64,000 bases of DNA, taken from an uncultured Pelagibacteraceae bacterium (GTDB lineage: Bacteria > Pseudomonadota > Alphaproteobacteria > Pelagibacterales > Pelagibacteraceae). Positions 1 to 13,904 of this stretch are shown piece after piece; the first letter of the stretch is position 1; each line of letters opens with the position of its first letter. The position numbers and the translations under genes are program-made. Under the pieces are notes generated by a model, which did not search any database, was not told the origin of the DNA, and saw nothing but the letters and a program-made list of their open reading frames with translations. The stretch covers positions 26,112-90,111 of the forward strand of contig CACHKE010000004.1 in NCBI GenBank assembly GCA_902580335.1, in the 5' to 3' direction.

Positions 1-781
1 TCGGTTTTTTTGTTAATTTAGCTTCAAATCTTTGACTTAAAACTACCTGGAATATATCTCCTAATTTTATATATTTTTTAGCTGTATTGATCATTTGCAA
101 GAATCTATTTTTAGAAGTATTAGATTTAACTTTAATATTTGTTGATTTTAATGGAGTCCTATTATCTACATTCTTAATTGACGATTGAATAAGCAATCTA
201 AAAAGATCTGATTTTACCTCATCAAATTTTTTTTGATAATCTTTAATCTTCTCGTCTTTATAGATATTTCTAATATAAAAGATCTCTTTTTTTAAATTAT
301 CGTGAATAATTAGTGTTCTTGGTCTCAAAAGTCTTACATCAGGTATATTTAGATCATCCTTACAATTATTAGGGATTTTTTCTATATATCTTATAGAGTC
401 ATATGAAAAATATCCTGAAATTAAAGAGCAAAGTTTTGGTAAATTTTTGGGAGTTTCAAATTTAAATTCTTCAATAATTTTCTCAATCAAATTTTCAGGT
501 TTATCATTAAGTTTAATTTTCTTTTTATTTTGAATTAAATAAGAAATATTATTTCTGAATTCCCATATCTTGTCAGGATTTTTACCAAATATAGTGTATC
601 TTCCTTTGATTTTTCCTTTCTCAACTGACTCAAATATAAAGCTATTTTTTTCACTTAAAAAATTATCTATTAAATTTAAAATCTCCTCATCATCTTGAAT
701 TTTTTTTGAAGTATATATGATTTGATTTTTATTGCTTCTATGTCGAAACTTAAAATCTTTGAAGCTTCGATTTATGTTCAT
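1..781 (-). CDS. trpE: Anthranilate synthase component I (5' part; runs off the window)
   Basis: Not in the ORF track. Manual translation from ATG at 781 gives MNINRSFKDFKFRHRS...SFIFESVEKGKIKGRYTIFG; later motifs are SGYFSYD and DIFQVVLSQRF. ATGA overlap with the stop of the upstream gene. Confidence 0.9.
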   Translation of the reverse strand, partial: MNINRSFKDFKFRHRSNKNQIIYTSKKIQDDEEILNLIDNFLSEKNSFIFESVEKGKIKGRYTIFGKNPDKIWEFRNNISYLIQNKKKIKLNDKPENLIEKIIEEFKFETPKNLPKLCSLISGYFSYDSIRYIEKIPNNCKDDLNIPDVRLLRPRTLIIHDNLKKEIFYIRNIYKDEKIKDYQKKFDEVKSDLFRLLIQSSIKNVDNRTPLKSTNIKVKSNTSKNRFLQMINTAKKYIKLGDIFQVVLSQRFEAKLTKKP

Positions 782-2193
782 TGAAAGAAATTTTTAACTC
801 GTTCTATTGTCTTTTGATTTAAATTTACATCATATCTGCTGTTTAGATATTGATCATATGATTTTAACATATTATTTTTTAGATTGGAATTTTGTTTATT
901 CGTATATTCATTTATCTTATCATCATTTTCCATTTTCTGATTTTGAAAGTTCTTTATTTTAGCTAAATAAATATTGTTTATCTCGTCATTTACTAGAGTG
1001 AAAGAATTTATAGGTAATGAGTAGAGAAGTTCAACAGCTTTAATATCAAATTTTTTGTTATCTTTGATAGAATTTAATAATAAATTTTCAATCTTGTTGT
1101 TTCCCATTTCTACAAAATTTTCATTGTTGAAATTTTTTTCATCAATTTTTTTTATTAAATTTTTGTTATATTCATACTTATTTTTTTCAAACATAAGTCC
1201 CAAGATCTCCTCTCTGAGGACAGGATCATTTACGTTAGGAGAACGTTGTTCTGACTTAATTATTTTGTAAAGAATAAAATCATCTTTAAATTCAATGATA
1301 TCGAATTCATTATTTCTTGCTTCAAAAATCTTTTTTTCTATATCGCTTTTGTCATAAGTAAATCTGAAATCTTTGATTTTCTTAGACTTTAAATTAAAGT
1401 TTGAAACGATGTTTTCAAAAGGAAGTTCATTTGAGATATCAATTTCTATTTGGTCAATTTTATCAAAAAAGGTCTGATTAAATTCATCTACACCAACTAA
1501 ATTTTTGGGATTTATTATGGAATAATCAAAATCAATATATTCTACTTTTAAGTCATTCTTATTTTCATCTAAAAATTTTTTTATATCGCTATCTGTAAAA
1601 CTATCTTTCTTTTTATAAAATTGATTTAGATTTAAATAATCTATCTCTAATTTTCTATTTTCATCCTGATAGAGTTTTTTTACTAAAAATTTTGGAGAAA
1701 CAGTTCCAGCACCAACAAAACTGAATAAGTTTTTTTGTAATTCACGATTTTTTAGTCGTAATTCAAACTGAGGTGCAGATTGATTATTTTCAAGTAAAAA
1801 TTTTTCGTATTTAAGTCTTTGAAAACTTCCTTGTTCATCTAAAAAATTTTTATTTTTTTTTATCATTTTGAGGAGTGTTTCTTTTGAAATAATTAAATTG
1901 TATTCCTCAATTTCTAAATCTAAAATTTTTGTCGAAATCAATCCAGATAACAATTCTTCAATAATATTATCATTTAAATTTTCTCTTATTGTATCCTGAG
2001 GAATTCCAGAATTATTTAAGTAATCAATAAATTCCTCTGTAGAAATATTAGTCTCATTTATTTTTACAATTGAATTTGTATTTCCGCTACTGAACATGCT
2101 ACCCATACCCCAAAATACAAAAGGAATAATCATTATAAAAACTAATATTCCAGCGAACTTTGTTTTGGCAAAATTTCTAAAAGTACCTATCAT
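778..2193 (-). CDS. PpiD-like membrane-anchored periplasmic chaperone (SurA N-terminal domain)
   Basis: N-terminal TM with IIPFVFWG motif; conserved tpiA/ppiD/trpE neighbourhood. Confidence 0.8.
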   Translation of the reverse strand: MIGTFRNFAKTKFAGILVFIMIIPFVFWGMGSMFSSGNTNSIVKINETNISTEEFIDYLNNSGIPQDTIRENLNDNIIEELLSGLISTKILDLEIEEYNLIISKETLLKMIKKNKNFLDEQGSFQRLKYEKFLLENNQSAPQFELRLKNRELQKNLFSFVGAGTVSPKFLVKKLYQDENRKLEIDYLNLNQFYKKKDSFTDSDIKKFLDENKNDLKVEYIDFDYSIINPKNLVGVDEFNQTFFDKIDQIEIDISNELPFENIVSNFNLKSKKIKDFRFTYDKSDIEKKIFEARNNEFDIIEFKDDFILYKIIKSEQRSPNVNDPVLREEILGLMFEKNKYEYNKNLIKKIDEKNFNNENFVEMGNNKIENLLLNSIKDNKKFDIKAVELLYSLPINSFTLVNDEINNIYLAKIKNFQNQKMENDDKINEYTNKQNSNLKNNMLKSYDQYLNSRYDVNLNQKTIERVKNFFQ

Positions 2194-2264
2194 AACTATA
2201 TAAATTTATTGATCTATAAAAAGCAAACCTATAGATTAAATTTAAGTATAAGACAAATAAATAT

Positions 2265-2987
2265 ATGTATTTTGTTGCTAATTGGAAAATGTTTGGTGGA
2301 TTAAGTACACTGAATTCACTAAAAAAAGTAATCAAATTTCTAAAAATTTTTAAAAAATCAAAAAAAATTAAAATTATTTATTGCCCGCCCAGTACATTAA
2401 TTCATCCAATGTCTAAAAAAGTTATAAATTCAAAAATTCAAGTTGGTGCTCAGAATTGTCATAAAAGTTTAACTTACGGTGCTTCAACTGGTTCCATAAA
2501 TCCTATGATGCTAAAAAATGTCGGGGCCAAATATGTCATTTTAGGACATTCAGAAAATCGCTACTCTGGTGAAACGGATAAATTAATTAATGCCAAGATT
2601 AGAGCAGCAACTCAAACAGGTTTAAAGGTTATTTTTTGTATAGGTGAAACCTTAGGTCAAAAACGAAAAAAAATTACCAAAAAAATTTTATCTAAGCAGA
2701 TTAATTTTGGTTTACAAAAGATTAAGAAAAGAAAAAATATTATAATTGCTTATGAACCCGTGTGGTCAATTGGGACAGGTCTAATTCCTAAAGCAGATGA
2801 CTTATTTAACACTATAAATTTTATAAAAAAAAAAGTTAAAAATATCAAAGTTTTATATGGGGGTTCAGTAAATCCAAAAAATATAAATAAATTAAAATTG
2901 ATAAAAAATATTGACGGATTTCTAATAGGAGGAGCCTCTCAAGATCCCAAAAAATTCATTGATATAATCAAAAAAACGTATAATTAA
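2265..2987 (+). CDS. tpiA: Triosephosphate isomerase
   Basis: ANWKM, GHSE, AYEPVWSIGTG and YGGSV motifs. Confidence 0.97.
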   Translation: MYFVANWKMFGGLSTLNSLKKVIKFLKIFKKSKKIKIIYCPPSTLIHPMSKKVINSKIQVGAQNCHKSLTYGASTGSINPMMLKNVGAKYVILGHSENRYSGETDKLINAKIRAATQTGLKVIFCIGETLGQKRKKITKKILSKQINFGLQKIKKRKNIIIAYEPVWSIGTGLIPKADDLFNTINFIKKKVKNIKVLYGGSVNPKNINKLKLIKNIDGFLIGGASQDPKKFIDIIKKTYN

Positions 2988-2992
2988 CCTGC

Positions 2993-3286
2993 ATGGAAAA
3001 TATATTGTTAGTACTGAACATCATTCTAGCTTTAGTTTTAGTTTTATTAGTTTTAATGCAAAAATCTGAGGGAGGAGCACTTGGAATTGGAGTTTCCCAG
3101 GAAAATATGATGTTTTCAAAGTCAGCAGGAAATTTTATGACAAAAGCAACTGGTGTTGTTGCAACTCTGTTTATCATTTGTAGTTTAGCTCTAACGATAG
3201 TATCTAGGGGTGATTTGACACCATCTAGCTCAGTTTTAGATCAAGTCGAAGAGGATACACCCTCAATTCCAGAAAATAATAATTAA
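2993..3286 (+). CDS. secG: Preprotein translocase subunit SecG
   Basis: Two TMs, VLMQKSEGGALG motif, located between tpiA and pyrG. Confidence 0.93.
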   Translation: MENILLVLNIILALVLVLLVLMQKSEGGALGIGVSQENMMFSKSAGNFMTKATGVVATLFIICSLALTIVSRGDLTPSSSVLDQVEEDTPSIPENNN

Positions 3287-3317
3287 TACTTTTAATTTAC
3301 TTTTTTATTAGCTATAA

Positions 3318-5763
<2,446 letters not shown>

Positions 5764-5767
<4 letters not shown>

Positions 5768-7020
5768 GTAAAATTACAAAAGTAAAAGCCCGACAAGTTT
5801 TTGACAGTAGAGGTAATCCAACAATCGAAGCTGAAGTTTTTACAAAAAACAAAAGTGCAATAGCAATTTGTCCCTCAGGAGCATCAACAGGTACTTATGA
5901 AGCTTATGAAAAAAGAGATAAAAATAATAAAAGATATTTAGGAAAAAGTGTTTTTAATGCCATTAGTTTAGTTAATTCTAAGGTTTCAAAAAAACTTAAA
6001 GGACAAAATATTCATAATCAAGAAAAGATTGATGCTTTAATGATTAATCTAGATGGCACAAGACAAAAAACAAAACTAGGAGCAAATTCTATATTAGCTG
6101 TCTCTATGGCTGTAAAAAAACTTTCAGCAAAAATTAGAAAAAAACCATTATATAAAACTTTTTTAATTAAAAATAATTTTAGATTACCTTTTCCACTTAT
6201 GAATATAATTAATGGTGGAGCACATGCTAATAATGGTTTGAGAATTCAAGAATTTATGATCAGACCAGACCGCGCAAAAAATTTCAGTGATGCGATGAGG
6301 ATTTGTTTTTTAGTGATTAAAAATTTAAGTAAAATTATAAAGAATAAAGGACTTTCAACATCTGTTGGAGATGAAGGTGGATTTGCACCAATGATTAGCA
6401 ATAATAATCAGGCTTTAGATTTAATTGTTTCAGCTATCAGGAAATCAGGATTTGTTAATGGTAAAGATGTTTCAATTTGTTTGGATGTAGCTGCAAATGA
6501 ATTATATAAAAGAAATAAATATTCTATTCATTCAAAAAGTTATATTTCCGTAGAAAGATCTATTCAAGAATATAGAAAAATAATTAATAAATTTAAGATT
6601 AAATCGATTGAGGATCCATTTGCAGAAAATGATTGGATATCATGGAATAAATTAATGAAATCACTTAAAAAAGTTCAGATTGTAGGCGACGATCTTTATG
6701 TTACTAATCTCGAGCGACTCAAAAAAGGTTTTTTAAATTTATCATCTAACGCAATTTTAATTAAATTAAATCAAATAGGCACAGTTTCAGAAACCTTAGA
6801 TGTAATTCGATTTGCTCAAACTATAGGATTTCAAACAATCATTTCTCATAGATCAGGAGATAGTGAGGATACATTTATTGCAGACCTTGCAGTGGGTACT
6901 AATTCTAATCAAATAAAAACTGGATCTTTAGCAAGATCAGAAAGAGTTGCTAAATATAATCAATTATTACGGATAGAAGAAGAACTTGGAAAAAAAGCCA
7001 GAATGAATAAGATTCGTTAA
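5764..7020 (+). CDS. eno: Enolase
   Basis: [37 protein letters not shown]; GTG start. Confidence 0.98.
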
Positions 7021-7328
7021 TGCTTCAAAGATTAAAAAAAAATTATTTTTTGCTTATATCAGTTTTTCTAATTATATATTTTTTCTTTAATCTCTTGTCG
7101 GGTGAAAGAGGATTAATTTCATATTATGAAAAAAAACAAATTTTTAATGATTTAAAAATAAAGGAATTATCATTAAAAAATCAAATAAATGACTTGGATT
7201 TTAAGAATTCATTATTAAGTGACAATCTAGATCTTGATTATATTGAAACTTTAATTAGAGAAAGATTTTTATTTGGTAAAAAAAATGAAAAAATTTATAT
7301 TTTAAAAAAAAATGACACAAAAAATTAA
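7020..7328 (+). CDS. ftsB: Septum formation initiator FtsB/DivIC family
   Basis: TM followed by G-x-x-G and a coiled coil, LDLDYIE motif; follows eno. Confidence 0.85.
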   Translation: MLQRLKKNYFLLISVFLIIYFFFNLLSGERGLISYYEKKQIFNDLKIKELSLKNQINDLDFKNSLLSDNLDLDYIETLIRERFLFGKKNEKIYILKKNDTKN

Positions 7329-8244
7329 ACCAAGACACCCTGAAAAAGTAAAAAATCCAATTAATCCAATTAAGAAAAAACCTGATTGGATTAGATCTAA
7401 ACTTAATAATAGTAAGGAATTTTTTTTAACAAAAACAATTGTAAATAAAAATAATCTTGTAACAGTTTGTCAGGAAGCAAATTGCCCAAATATAACTGAG
7501 TGTTGGAGTAAAAGACATGCAACTTTTATGATAATGGGTGATACATGTACAAGAGCATGTGCTTTTTGTGATGTAAAAACTGGCAAACCAAAAAAATTAG
7601 ATAAGTTAGAACCAATTAAAATATCTCAAGCTGTTAAAAAATTAGATTTGAAACATGTTGTAATCACATCAGTTGATAGAGATGATTTAGACGATGGTGG
7701 TTCAAATCATTTTTATGAAGTTATAAATCAAACAAGAAAAACTAATCCCAATACAACTATCGAAGTTTTAACGCCTGATTTTTTAAGAAAAGGTGATGCC
7801 TATAAAAAAGTTTTAGAGGCTAATCCAGATGTTTTTAATCACAATATTGAGACTGTACCCAGTCTTTATTTAAAAGTTAGACCAGGCTCAAGATACTTTG
7901 CATCTATGGAGCTTTTAAAAAATGCAAAAAAGATGAATAAAAAGGTTTTTACTAAATCAGGAATAATGGTTGGTTTAGGTGAGACTAGAGATGAAATTTT
8001 ACAAGTAATGGATGATTTAAAATCTGCTGATGTTGATTTTTTAACAATTGGACAATACTTACAACCATCAGTAAAACATTTCCCGTTAGATAGATATTAC
8101 AAACCTGAGGAATTTATAGAATTGGGTGATATTGCAAAAGCAAAAGGTTTTTTATTAGTTTCCTCATCTCCTTTAACAAGATCTTCATATCATGCAGATG
8201 AAGACTTCGCTAAACTTCAACAAAATAGATTAAAAAACCATTAA
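7312..8244 (+). CDS. lipA: Lipoyl synthase
   Basis: [26 protein letters not shown]. Confidence 0.98.
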   Translation: MTQKIKPRHPEKVKNPINPIKKKPDWIRSKLNNSKEFFLTKTIVNKNNLVTVCQEANCPNITECWSKRHATFMIMGDTCTRACAFCDVKTGKPKKLDKLEPIKISQAVKKLDLKHVVITSVDRDDLDDGGSNHFYEVINQTRKTNPNTTIEVLTPDFLRKGDAYKKVLEANPDVFNHNIETVPSLYLKVRPGSRYFASMELLKNAKKMNKKVFTKSGIMVGLGETRDEILQVMDDLKSADVDFLTIGQYLQPSVKHFPLDRYYKPEEFIELGDIAKAKGFLLVSSSPLTRSSYHADEDFAKLQQNRLKNH

Positions 8245-8702
8245 TGCCAAAAGCTTCAGTTAAGCGATTAATTGAATGTAAAAAAAAAGATTTAATTGAT
8301 TTAGTTTTGGATATTGAAAAATATCCAGAATTTGTTCCATTTTGTTTCGGCGCTAAAATTTACGAAAATAAAAAGGAAGGTGACTTGACGAAAATAATTG
8401 CAGATTTAACAATAGGAAAAGGACCATTTAAAGACACCTATAAAAGTGATGTGGTTTTTGACAAAAAAAAAGATACAATTATTGTTAAGAATATAGAAGG
8501 ACCTTTGAATCATTTATCCAACAATTGGATTTTTGTTGATAAAGAGAATGGGATTACTGAGGTAACTTTTGATATTGATTTTGAAATTAAGAATAAATTT
8601 TTGAATTCTTTAATGGTTGTATCTTTTCAATTTGGGTTAGAGAAAATAGCTGATGCATTTCAAAAAAGGGCGGAGCAGTTATTTAGTAGCTCTAAGAACT
8701 AA
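8244..8702 (+). CDS. RatA/Coq10 START-domain protein
   Basis: DIEKYPEFVPFC and GPLNHL-W motifs; usual neighbour of lipA. Confidence 0.9.
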   Translation: MPKASVKRLIECKKKDLIDLVLDIEKYPEFVPFCFGAKIYENKKEGDLTKIIADLTIGKGPFKDTYKSDVVFDKKKDTIIVKNIEGPLNHLSNNWIFVDKENGITEVTFDIDFEIKNKFLNSLMVVSFQFGLEKIADAFQKRAEQLFSSSKN

Positions 8703-9140
8703 ATTTAAAGCTTTTTTTACGGTAGCTTTTTGTATTAAGGATCTTTTTTTACTTTTAAAAAAACATCTATTTATCTCGATTTTATTTCCTTTTTTAACTC
8801 CAATATAAACTAAGCCCACAGGTTTTTTGTTGTTTCCACCCCTCGGCCCTGCAATACCCGTAACCGAAACATTAATCTTAGTTTTTGAAATTTTAGATAA
8901 ATTATCAACCATTGCATAACAACATTCATAGCTGACAGCACCATATTTTTTAATAATTTTTTTGTTTACTTTTAAAATCTTAATTTTGGCTTGGTTAGAG
9001 TAAGTGATTAAACCTAAATTAAATATTTTTGATGCGCCACTAATTGAAGTGATAGCGCCAGCTAACAATCCACCTGTACAGGATTCAGCAACTGATATTT
9101 TAATTTTTTTTCTAATTAATGACTTTATTAATGATTTCAT
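8679..9140 (-). CDS. CinA/PncC family NMN deamidase
   Basis: AESCTGG, YSNQAK, TGIAGP, KPVGLV. Confidence 0.93.
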   Translation of the reverse strand: MKSLIKSLIRKKIKISVAESCTGGLLAGAITSISGASKIFNLGLITYSNQAKIKILKVNKKIIKKYGAVSYECCYAMVDNLSKISKTKINVSVTGIAGPRGGNNKKPVGLVYIGVKKGNKIEINRCFFKSKKRSLIQKATVKKALNLVLRATK

Positions 9141-9643
9141 TACAGAAAATAACTACTTAAAACCATAAAACAAATTAAAGATAAAACAACATAAAATCCC
9201 GCACATACATCATCCATTATTACACCAAAACTATTTTTGAAGTTTTTATCAAAAAAACTTATGGGAAATGGTTTCGCAATATCAAAAAATCTGAATAACA
9301 CAAAACAAATACCGTAAAAAATTAACGCTTCATTTTGTGATTTTTCTGTGCCATGTGAAATTTCATAAAGATAAATCGGTATTGATTGACCTATAAATTC
9401 ATCAATAATTACTTCTTTGGGATCTTTATTTTCATTATCTCTAATATGGTGTGCTACAGCAGAAAAAGCTAAAATGAAAATAACTACTAATAGTATTAAT
9501 ATAAAGTTTGAAGATAAATTAAATATGTGAAAAAAAAGATAAAGAATAATTACTGTAGCTAATGATCCAAAAGTACCAGGAATTTTTGGAATTCTACCCA
9601 AACCAAACATAGTAACAAACAATGTATTGATAGTTTTAATCAT
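9140..9643 (-). CDS. pgpA: Phosphatidylglycerophosphatase A
   Basis: PGTFGS, DPKEVIIDEFIG, FRFFDIAKP, GVIMDD. Confidence 0.95.
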   Translation of the reverse strand: MIKTINTLFVTMFGLGRIPKIPGTFGSLATVIILYLFFHIFNLSSNFILILLVVIFILAFSAVAHHIRDNENKDPKEVIIDEFIGQSIPIYLYEISHGTEKSQNEALIFYGICFVLFRFFDIAKPFPISFFDKNFKNSFGVIMDDVCAGFYVVLSLICFMVLSSYFL

Positions 9644-10742
9644 ATTTTGTTATTGAAATTATAACTTCACATGCAATAGCTTTTTCTTTTCCAATCAAAC
9701 CAAGTTTTTCAACTGTCTTACCTTTTAAATTTATAAGATCCTTTTTTAACATCATTAGTTTGGAGATTGAGTTAATTATACGATTTCTGTATTTTGATAC
9801 TTTTGGTTGTTCGCAAATTAAGTTTATATCTAGATTATTTATTAAAAAATTTGATTTATAAAGACTTTCAATTACTGGTTTTAATATTTTTGGAGATCTA
9901 ATATTTTTATACTTTTTTGTGTTAGGAAAAAAGGATCCAATATCTTTATTTCTCATCGCACCTAAAATTGAGTCTATAATTGAATGCAAAATTACATCCC
10001 CATCTGAATGACCTTTTAATCCTGAGTGAAAAGGTATTTTAGTGCCACCTAAATAAAGCTTTTTATTTCTAACTAATCTATGAATATCAAAACCAATTCC
10101 AAAAAAGGTTTTAGTTAATTTTATATCATTTTTAAAAGTGATCTTATTATTAGTATTTTCTCCCTTTATAAATTTTATTTTTTGATTTTTATTGACGAAT
10201 AAAGTTGCTTCATCTGTAATTTTATTTTTTTCATTAATTGCAAGTTCGTATAATTTTTTAAATTTAAACGCTTGTGGTGTTTGAGTAAGATAAATATTTT
10301 CTCTATTAAGATTGTATAATTCATTTTTAACTTTATATTTTATTGTATCTTTAGATTTGATATATGGAACCACCGCTACATTTCTTTTTAGATTAACTAA
10401 TAACTCTCTCATTAATTTAATTGAAAAATCAGGTCTTGCAGCATCATGTATAAGAATATTATTTGGTTTAAATCTTTTTAAAAATTTTATTGCTATCAAA
10501 GAGGAGTCAGATCTTTCTTTCCCGCCCTTTATTACTTTGACTGATTTGTGGACCCCCTTTTTTTTGAAATATTTAATATTATTTGTGACAACTAAAATTT
10601 TTTTAAAAAGCTTTGAATTAACTGACTTTTCAATAGAGTGATCAATAATTTCTTTATTTTTATAATTATAGAATTGTTTTGGTATTTTTTTATGAAATCT
10701 CTTACTTTTTCCAGCAGCTAAAATTACAAAATAGTTGTTCAT
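9636..10742 (-). CDS. ispDF: Bifunctional IspD/IspF
   Basis: ILAAG, HDAARP and QTPQ (IspD); GFDIH, HSDGDV and DIG (IspF). Confidence 0.95.
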   Translation of the reverse strand: MNNYFVILAAGKSKRFHKKIPKQFYNYKNKEIIDHSIEKSVNSKLFKKILVVTNNIKYFKKKGVHKSVKVIKGGKERSDSSLIAIKFLKRFKPNNILIHDAARPDFSIKLMRELLVNLKRNVAVVPYIKSKDTIKYKVKNELYNLNRENIYLTQTPQAFKFKKLYELAINEKNKITDEATLFVNKNQKIKFIKGENTNNKITFKNDIKLTKTFFGIGFDIHRLVRNKKLYLGGTKIPFHSGLKGHSDGDVILHSIIDSILGAMRNKDIGSFFPNTKKYKNIRSPKILKPVIESLYKSNFLINNLDINLICEQPKVSKYRNRIINSISKLMMLKKDLINLKGKTVEKLGLIGKEKAIACEVIISITKYD

Positions 10743-10768
10743 TCTTTTAAATGCTATAATTCTTAAAT

Positions 10769-12547
10769 ATGATTGAATTTTTGAAAAAAAATATTTTCAT
10801 AATTATTCTATCTAGTATCACACTATTTTTAGGATTTTTAACTTTTTTAACATTTATAGATAGAAGTTTTATTGAATTAAATCAAAATAATTTACAATAT
10901 TTATTAATTGTAAATATTTTATTACTTTTATCATTATTTGTATTCATTTTTTTAGAGATAAAAAAATCAATTCGAAATGATATTGATAAAGATGGTTTAA
11001 AATCTAACAAAAAATATATTACATATTTCTCTCTCTTTACTTTGATCCCCTCGGTATTGATTTCAATTTTTTCACTTTTTTTATTCTCTTTTGCACTTGA
11101 AAAATATTTTGATAAAAAGGTTACAACAGTTGTAAATAATTCCTATGAACTTGCTAAAAGTTATGTTGAGGAAGTAAGAAATAAGATCGAGTCTGATATT
11201 ATATTAATTGCCTTTGATACCAACAAAAGTTCTAAATTTTTAAACGATAATAATAAAGAATATGTTAGATTTTTAAAAACTCAAAAATTAATTAGAGATA
11301 TTGATGAAATACATATCATTGATCAAAATAAAGAATTATTATTTACCAATATAGATGATCGTACAAAATATATTCCTCCCATAGATAAAACATTAAAACT
11401 TGTTTTAGATGATGATAGACCACTTAAGATAATAAATGCGCCCGAAAATATTTCGGCTGCAATAATGAGACTCCAGACTTTTGAAGACAGATTTTTATAC
11501 GTTGTAAAATACCTTGATAAAGATATATCAAAATATTTAAATGAATCTCAAGAGGCAATCAATTTTTATTATACAGTTGAGGAAAGAAGTACAGGCATAA
11601 AAATTTCCTTTGCAATAATATATATAATTGTAGTCACTCTTTTGCTATTTATATCAATTACTATTGCTATAAGATTTTCTTCAAGATTTTTTAGGTCTAT
11701 AAATAATCTAATTTCTGCATCCACAGCAATAGGAGAGGGTGATTTAACTACTAAAGTTCCTGAGATAAAAACAGATAAAGATTTGGAAGTTTTAAATAAG
11801 AATTTCAACTCAATGATTATTAGGTTAAAAAATCAGCAAGATAAATTAATTATTAATGAAAGATATGAAGCATGGGGTAATCTTGCAAGAAAATTAGCTC
11901 ATGAAATAAAAAATCCTCTTACTCCAATTCAATTATCAATTGATAGAATAAAAGAAAAATATATTAATCAGGTCGATAAAAATGAGAAAGATAATTTTGA
12001 AGAAAATTTAAAAATTATAAATAATCAAATTAAACAAATAGGTAATTTAGTAAACGAATTTTCTGATTTTGCCAGAATGCCTAAACCAGTTTTAAAAAAA
12101 AATGATTTAATTAAAATAATTCATGAAAATATTAAATTACTATCTGAAATCGACCCTTTAATAAAAATTAATTTAAATAATAATAAGCCTTCAATTTTAT
12201 TAGAGTGCGATAAAGAGCAAATTAGTAGAGTAATATTTAATTTGATTAAAAACTCAATTGAGAGTATCCAGCAAAAAGCTGAAAATACTAGTAATTTCAA
12301 TAAAATTATTACTATTGAAATTTTTGAGAGAAATAACCAAATCTATATTATAATTGAAGATAGTGGGTTAGGTTTTGAAAATATAAAAAATAATATAAAG
12401 GATATTTTAAACCCTTACTTTACTACAAAAAAAAATGGTACAGGATTAGGTCTTTCGATAGTAAATAAAATTATTAATGATCATAATGGTGAAATAAATT
12501 TTGTTTCAATTCCAAATGGAGCAAAAATAGAAATTATATTTAATTAA
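10769..12547 (+). CDS. ntrY: NtrY-type sensor histidine kinase
   Basis: TMs, HAMP, AWGNLARKLAHEIKNPLTPIQL, G boxes. Confidence 0.93.
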   Translation: MIEFLKKNIFIIILSSITLFLGFLTFLTFIDRSFIELNQNNLQYLLIVNILLLLSLFVFIFLEIKKSIRNDIDKDGLKSNKKYITYFSLFTLIPSVLISIFSLFLFSFALEKYFDKKVTTVVNNSYELAKSYVEEVRNKIESDIILIAFDTNKSSKFLNDNNKEYVRFLKTQKLIRDIDEIHIIDQNKELLFTNIDDRTKYIPPIDKTLKLVLDDDRPLKIINAPENISAAIMRLQTFEDRFLYVVKYLDKDISKYLNESQEAINFYYTVEERSTGIKISFAIIYIIVVTLLLFISITIAIRFSSRFFRSINNLISASTAIGEGDLTTKVPEIKTDKDLEVLNKNFNSMIIRLKNQQDKLIINERYEAWGNLARKLAHEIKNPLTPIQLSIDRIKEKYINQVDKNEKDNFEENLKIINNQIKQIGNLVNEFSDFARMPKPVLKKNDLIKIIHENIKLLSEIDPLIKINLNNNKPSILLECDKEQISRVIFNLIKNSIESIQQKAENTSNFNKIITIEIFERNNQIYIIIEDSGLGFENIKNNIKDILNPYFTTKKNGTGLGLSIVNKIINDHNGEINFVSIPNGAKIEIIFN

Positions 12548-13903
12548 ATGAGTATAGAAATATTAATTGTTGATGACAATTCAGATATAAGAAACATTCT
12601 TAACGATCTAATTGTTGATGCAGGTTATCAAACGAGATTAGCAGCTAATTATAATCAAGCTTTAAATGAAATTGATAAAAAAATGCCTGATGTTGCAATA
12701 CTTGATGTAAAATTAGATAAAGGTGATAATGATGGTATTCAACTTCTTACACACATAAAATCAAAAAATACTGATGTACCAGTAATTATGATTTCAGGAC
12801 ATGCAAATATAGAAATGGCAGTTAATTCACTAAAACACGGAGCATTTGAATTTGTTGAAAAACCTTTTGATAAAACCAGATTATTAAACTTTATAAGTAG
12901 AGCTGTTGAAAATTTAAGTTTGAAAACACAGAATAAAGAATATGAGAATAAACTTTTTTCTTCTTATGAGCTAATTGGAGATAGTAAGAATATTGTAAAT
13001 ATTAAAGATCAAATTGAAAAAATTTCTATCACTGAAAGTAGGATTTTTATTAATGGTCCTTCAGGTTCGGGTAAGGAGTTAATTGCTCGGAAAATACACA
13101 AAAATTCAAAAAGAAGGAACAAACCTTTTGTAATAATTAATGGTGCTTTACTTGATAATGACAAATATGATTTAGAATTATTTGGAGAAGAAAAAAATGA
13201 TGGGTCTATATCTTACGGTGCATTGGAGAAAGCTAATAAAGGAACGCTCCTGGTAGATCAAGTTTCTGAAATACCACTTGCTATACAATCAAAAATTTTG
13301 AGAGTTTTAACAGACCAGAAATTTAAAAGAGTAAATGGTAATAATGATATAAATGTCGATGTCAGACTAATTTGTTCATCTAGTAAAGATCTAAAACAAG
13401 AAGTAGAATTGGGAAATTTTAGAGAAGATTTATTTCACAGATTAAATGTGTTTGAAATAAATATTAAACCTCTAAATGAGAGAATTTCAGATATACCATT
13501 ACTTATAAAATATTTTTCAAATAAAATTTCAGAAAACTACAATATTAGGGAACTAGAAATTGATGAAAATAACAGCTATATTTTGAATCATGATTGGCAT
13601 GGCAATGTAAGAGAATTAAGAAATTTAATTGAAAGAATTGCAATATTACAACCAAATACTCAAGAAAAAATTTCTAATATAATTAAAGAGTCTTTAAAAT
13701 CTGGATCTAATAATAGTAAATTTAATGAAAACAGTTTGTCAATCCCATTAAAAGAAGCTAGAGAAAAGTTTGAAAAAGAGTATTTAAGTTTGCAATTAAA
13801 GAAATTTAATGGAAATATTTCTAAAACAGCTTCTTTTGTAGGCATGGAAAGAAGCGCTCTTCATAGAAAATTGAAAGGTCTTGGAATCAAAGAATTTAAT
13901 TAG
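12548..13903 (+). CDS. ntrX: NtrX response regulator (REC-AAA+-HTH)
   Basis: Receiver domain, GPSGSGKE, FREDLFHRLNV, GMERSALHRKL; lacks GAFTGA as is typical of NtrX. Confidence 0.95.
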   Translation: MSIEILIVDDNSDIRNILNDLIVDAGYQTRLAANYNQALNEIDKKMPDVAILDVKLDKGDNDGIQLLTHIKSKNTDVPVIMISGHANIEMAVNSLKHGAFEFVEKPFDKTRLLNFISRAVENLSLKTQNKEYENKLFSSYELIGDSKNIVNIKDQIEKISITESRIFINGPSGSGKELIARKIHKNSKRRNKPFVIINGALLDNDKYDLELFGEEKNDGSISYGALEKANKGTLLVDQVSEIPLAIQSKILRVLTDQKFKRVNGNNDINVDVRLICSSSKDLKQEVELGNFREDLFHRLNVFEINIKPLNERISDIPLLIKYFSNKISENYNIRELEIDENNSYILNHDWHGNVRELRNLIERIAILQPNTQEKISNIIKESLKSGSNNSKFNENSLSIPLKEAREKFEKEYLSLQLKKFNGNISKTASFVGMERSALHRKLKGLGIKEFN

Positions 13904-13904
13904 A

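Noticed and set aside
7020-12547. Absence of pdh genes before lipA and of dusB-ntrBC before ntrY
   Set aside because: Expected streamlining or rearrangement in this lineage; absence from the genome cannot be judged from one window
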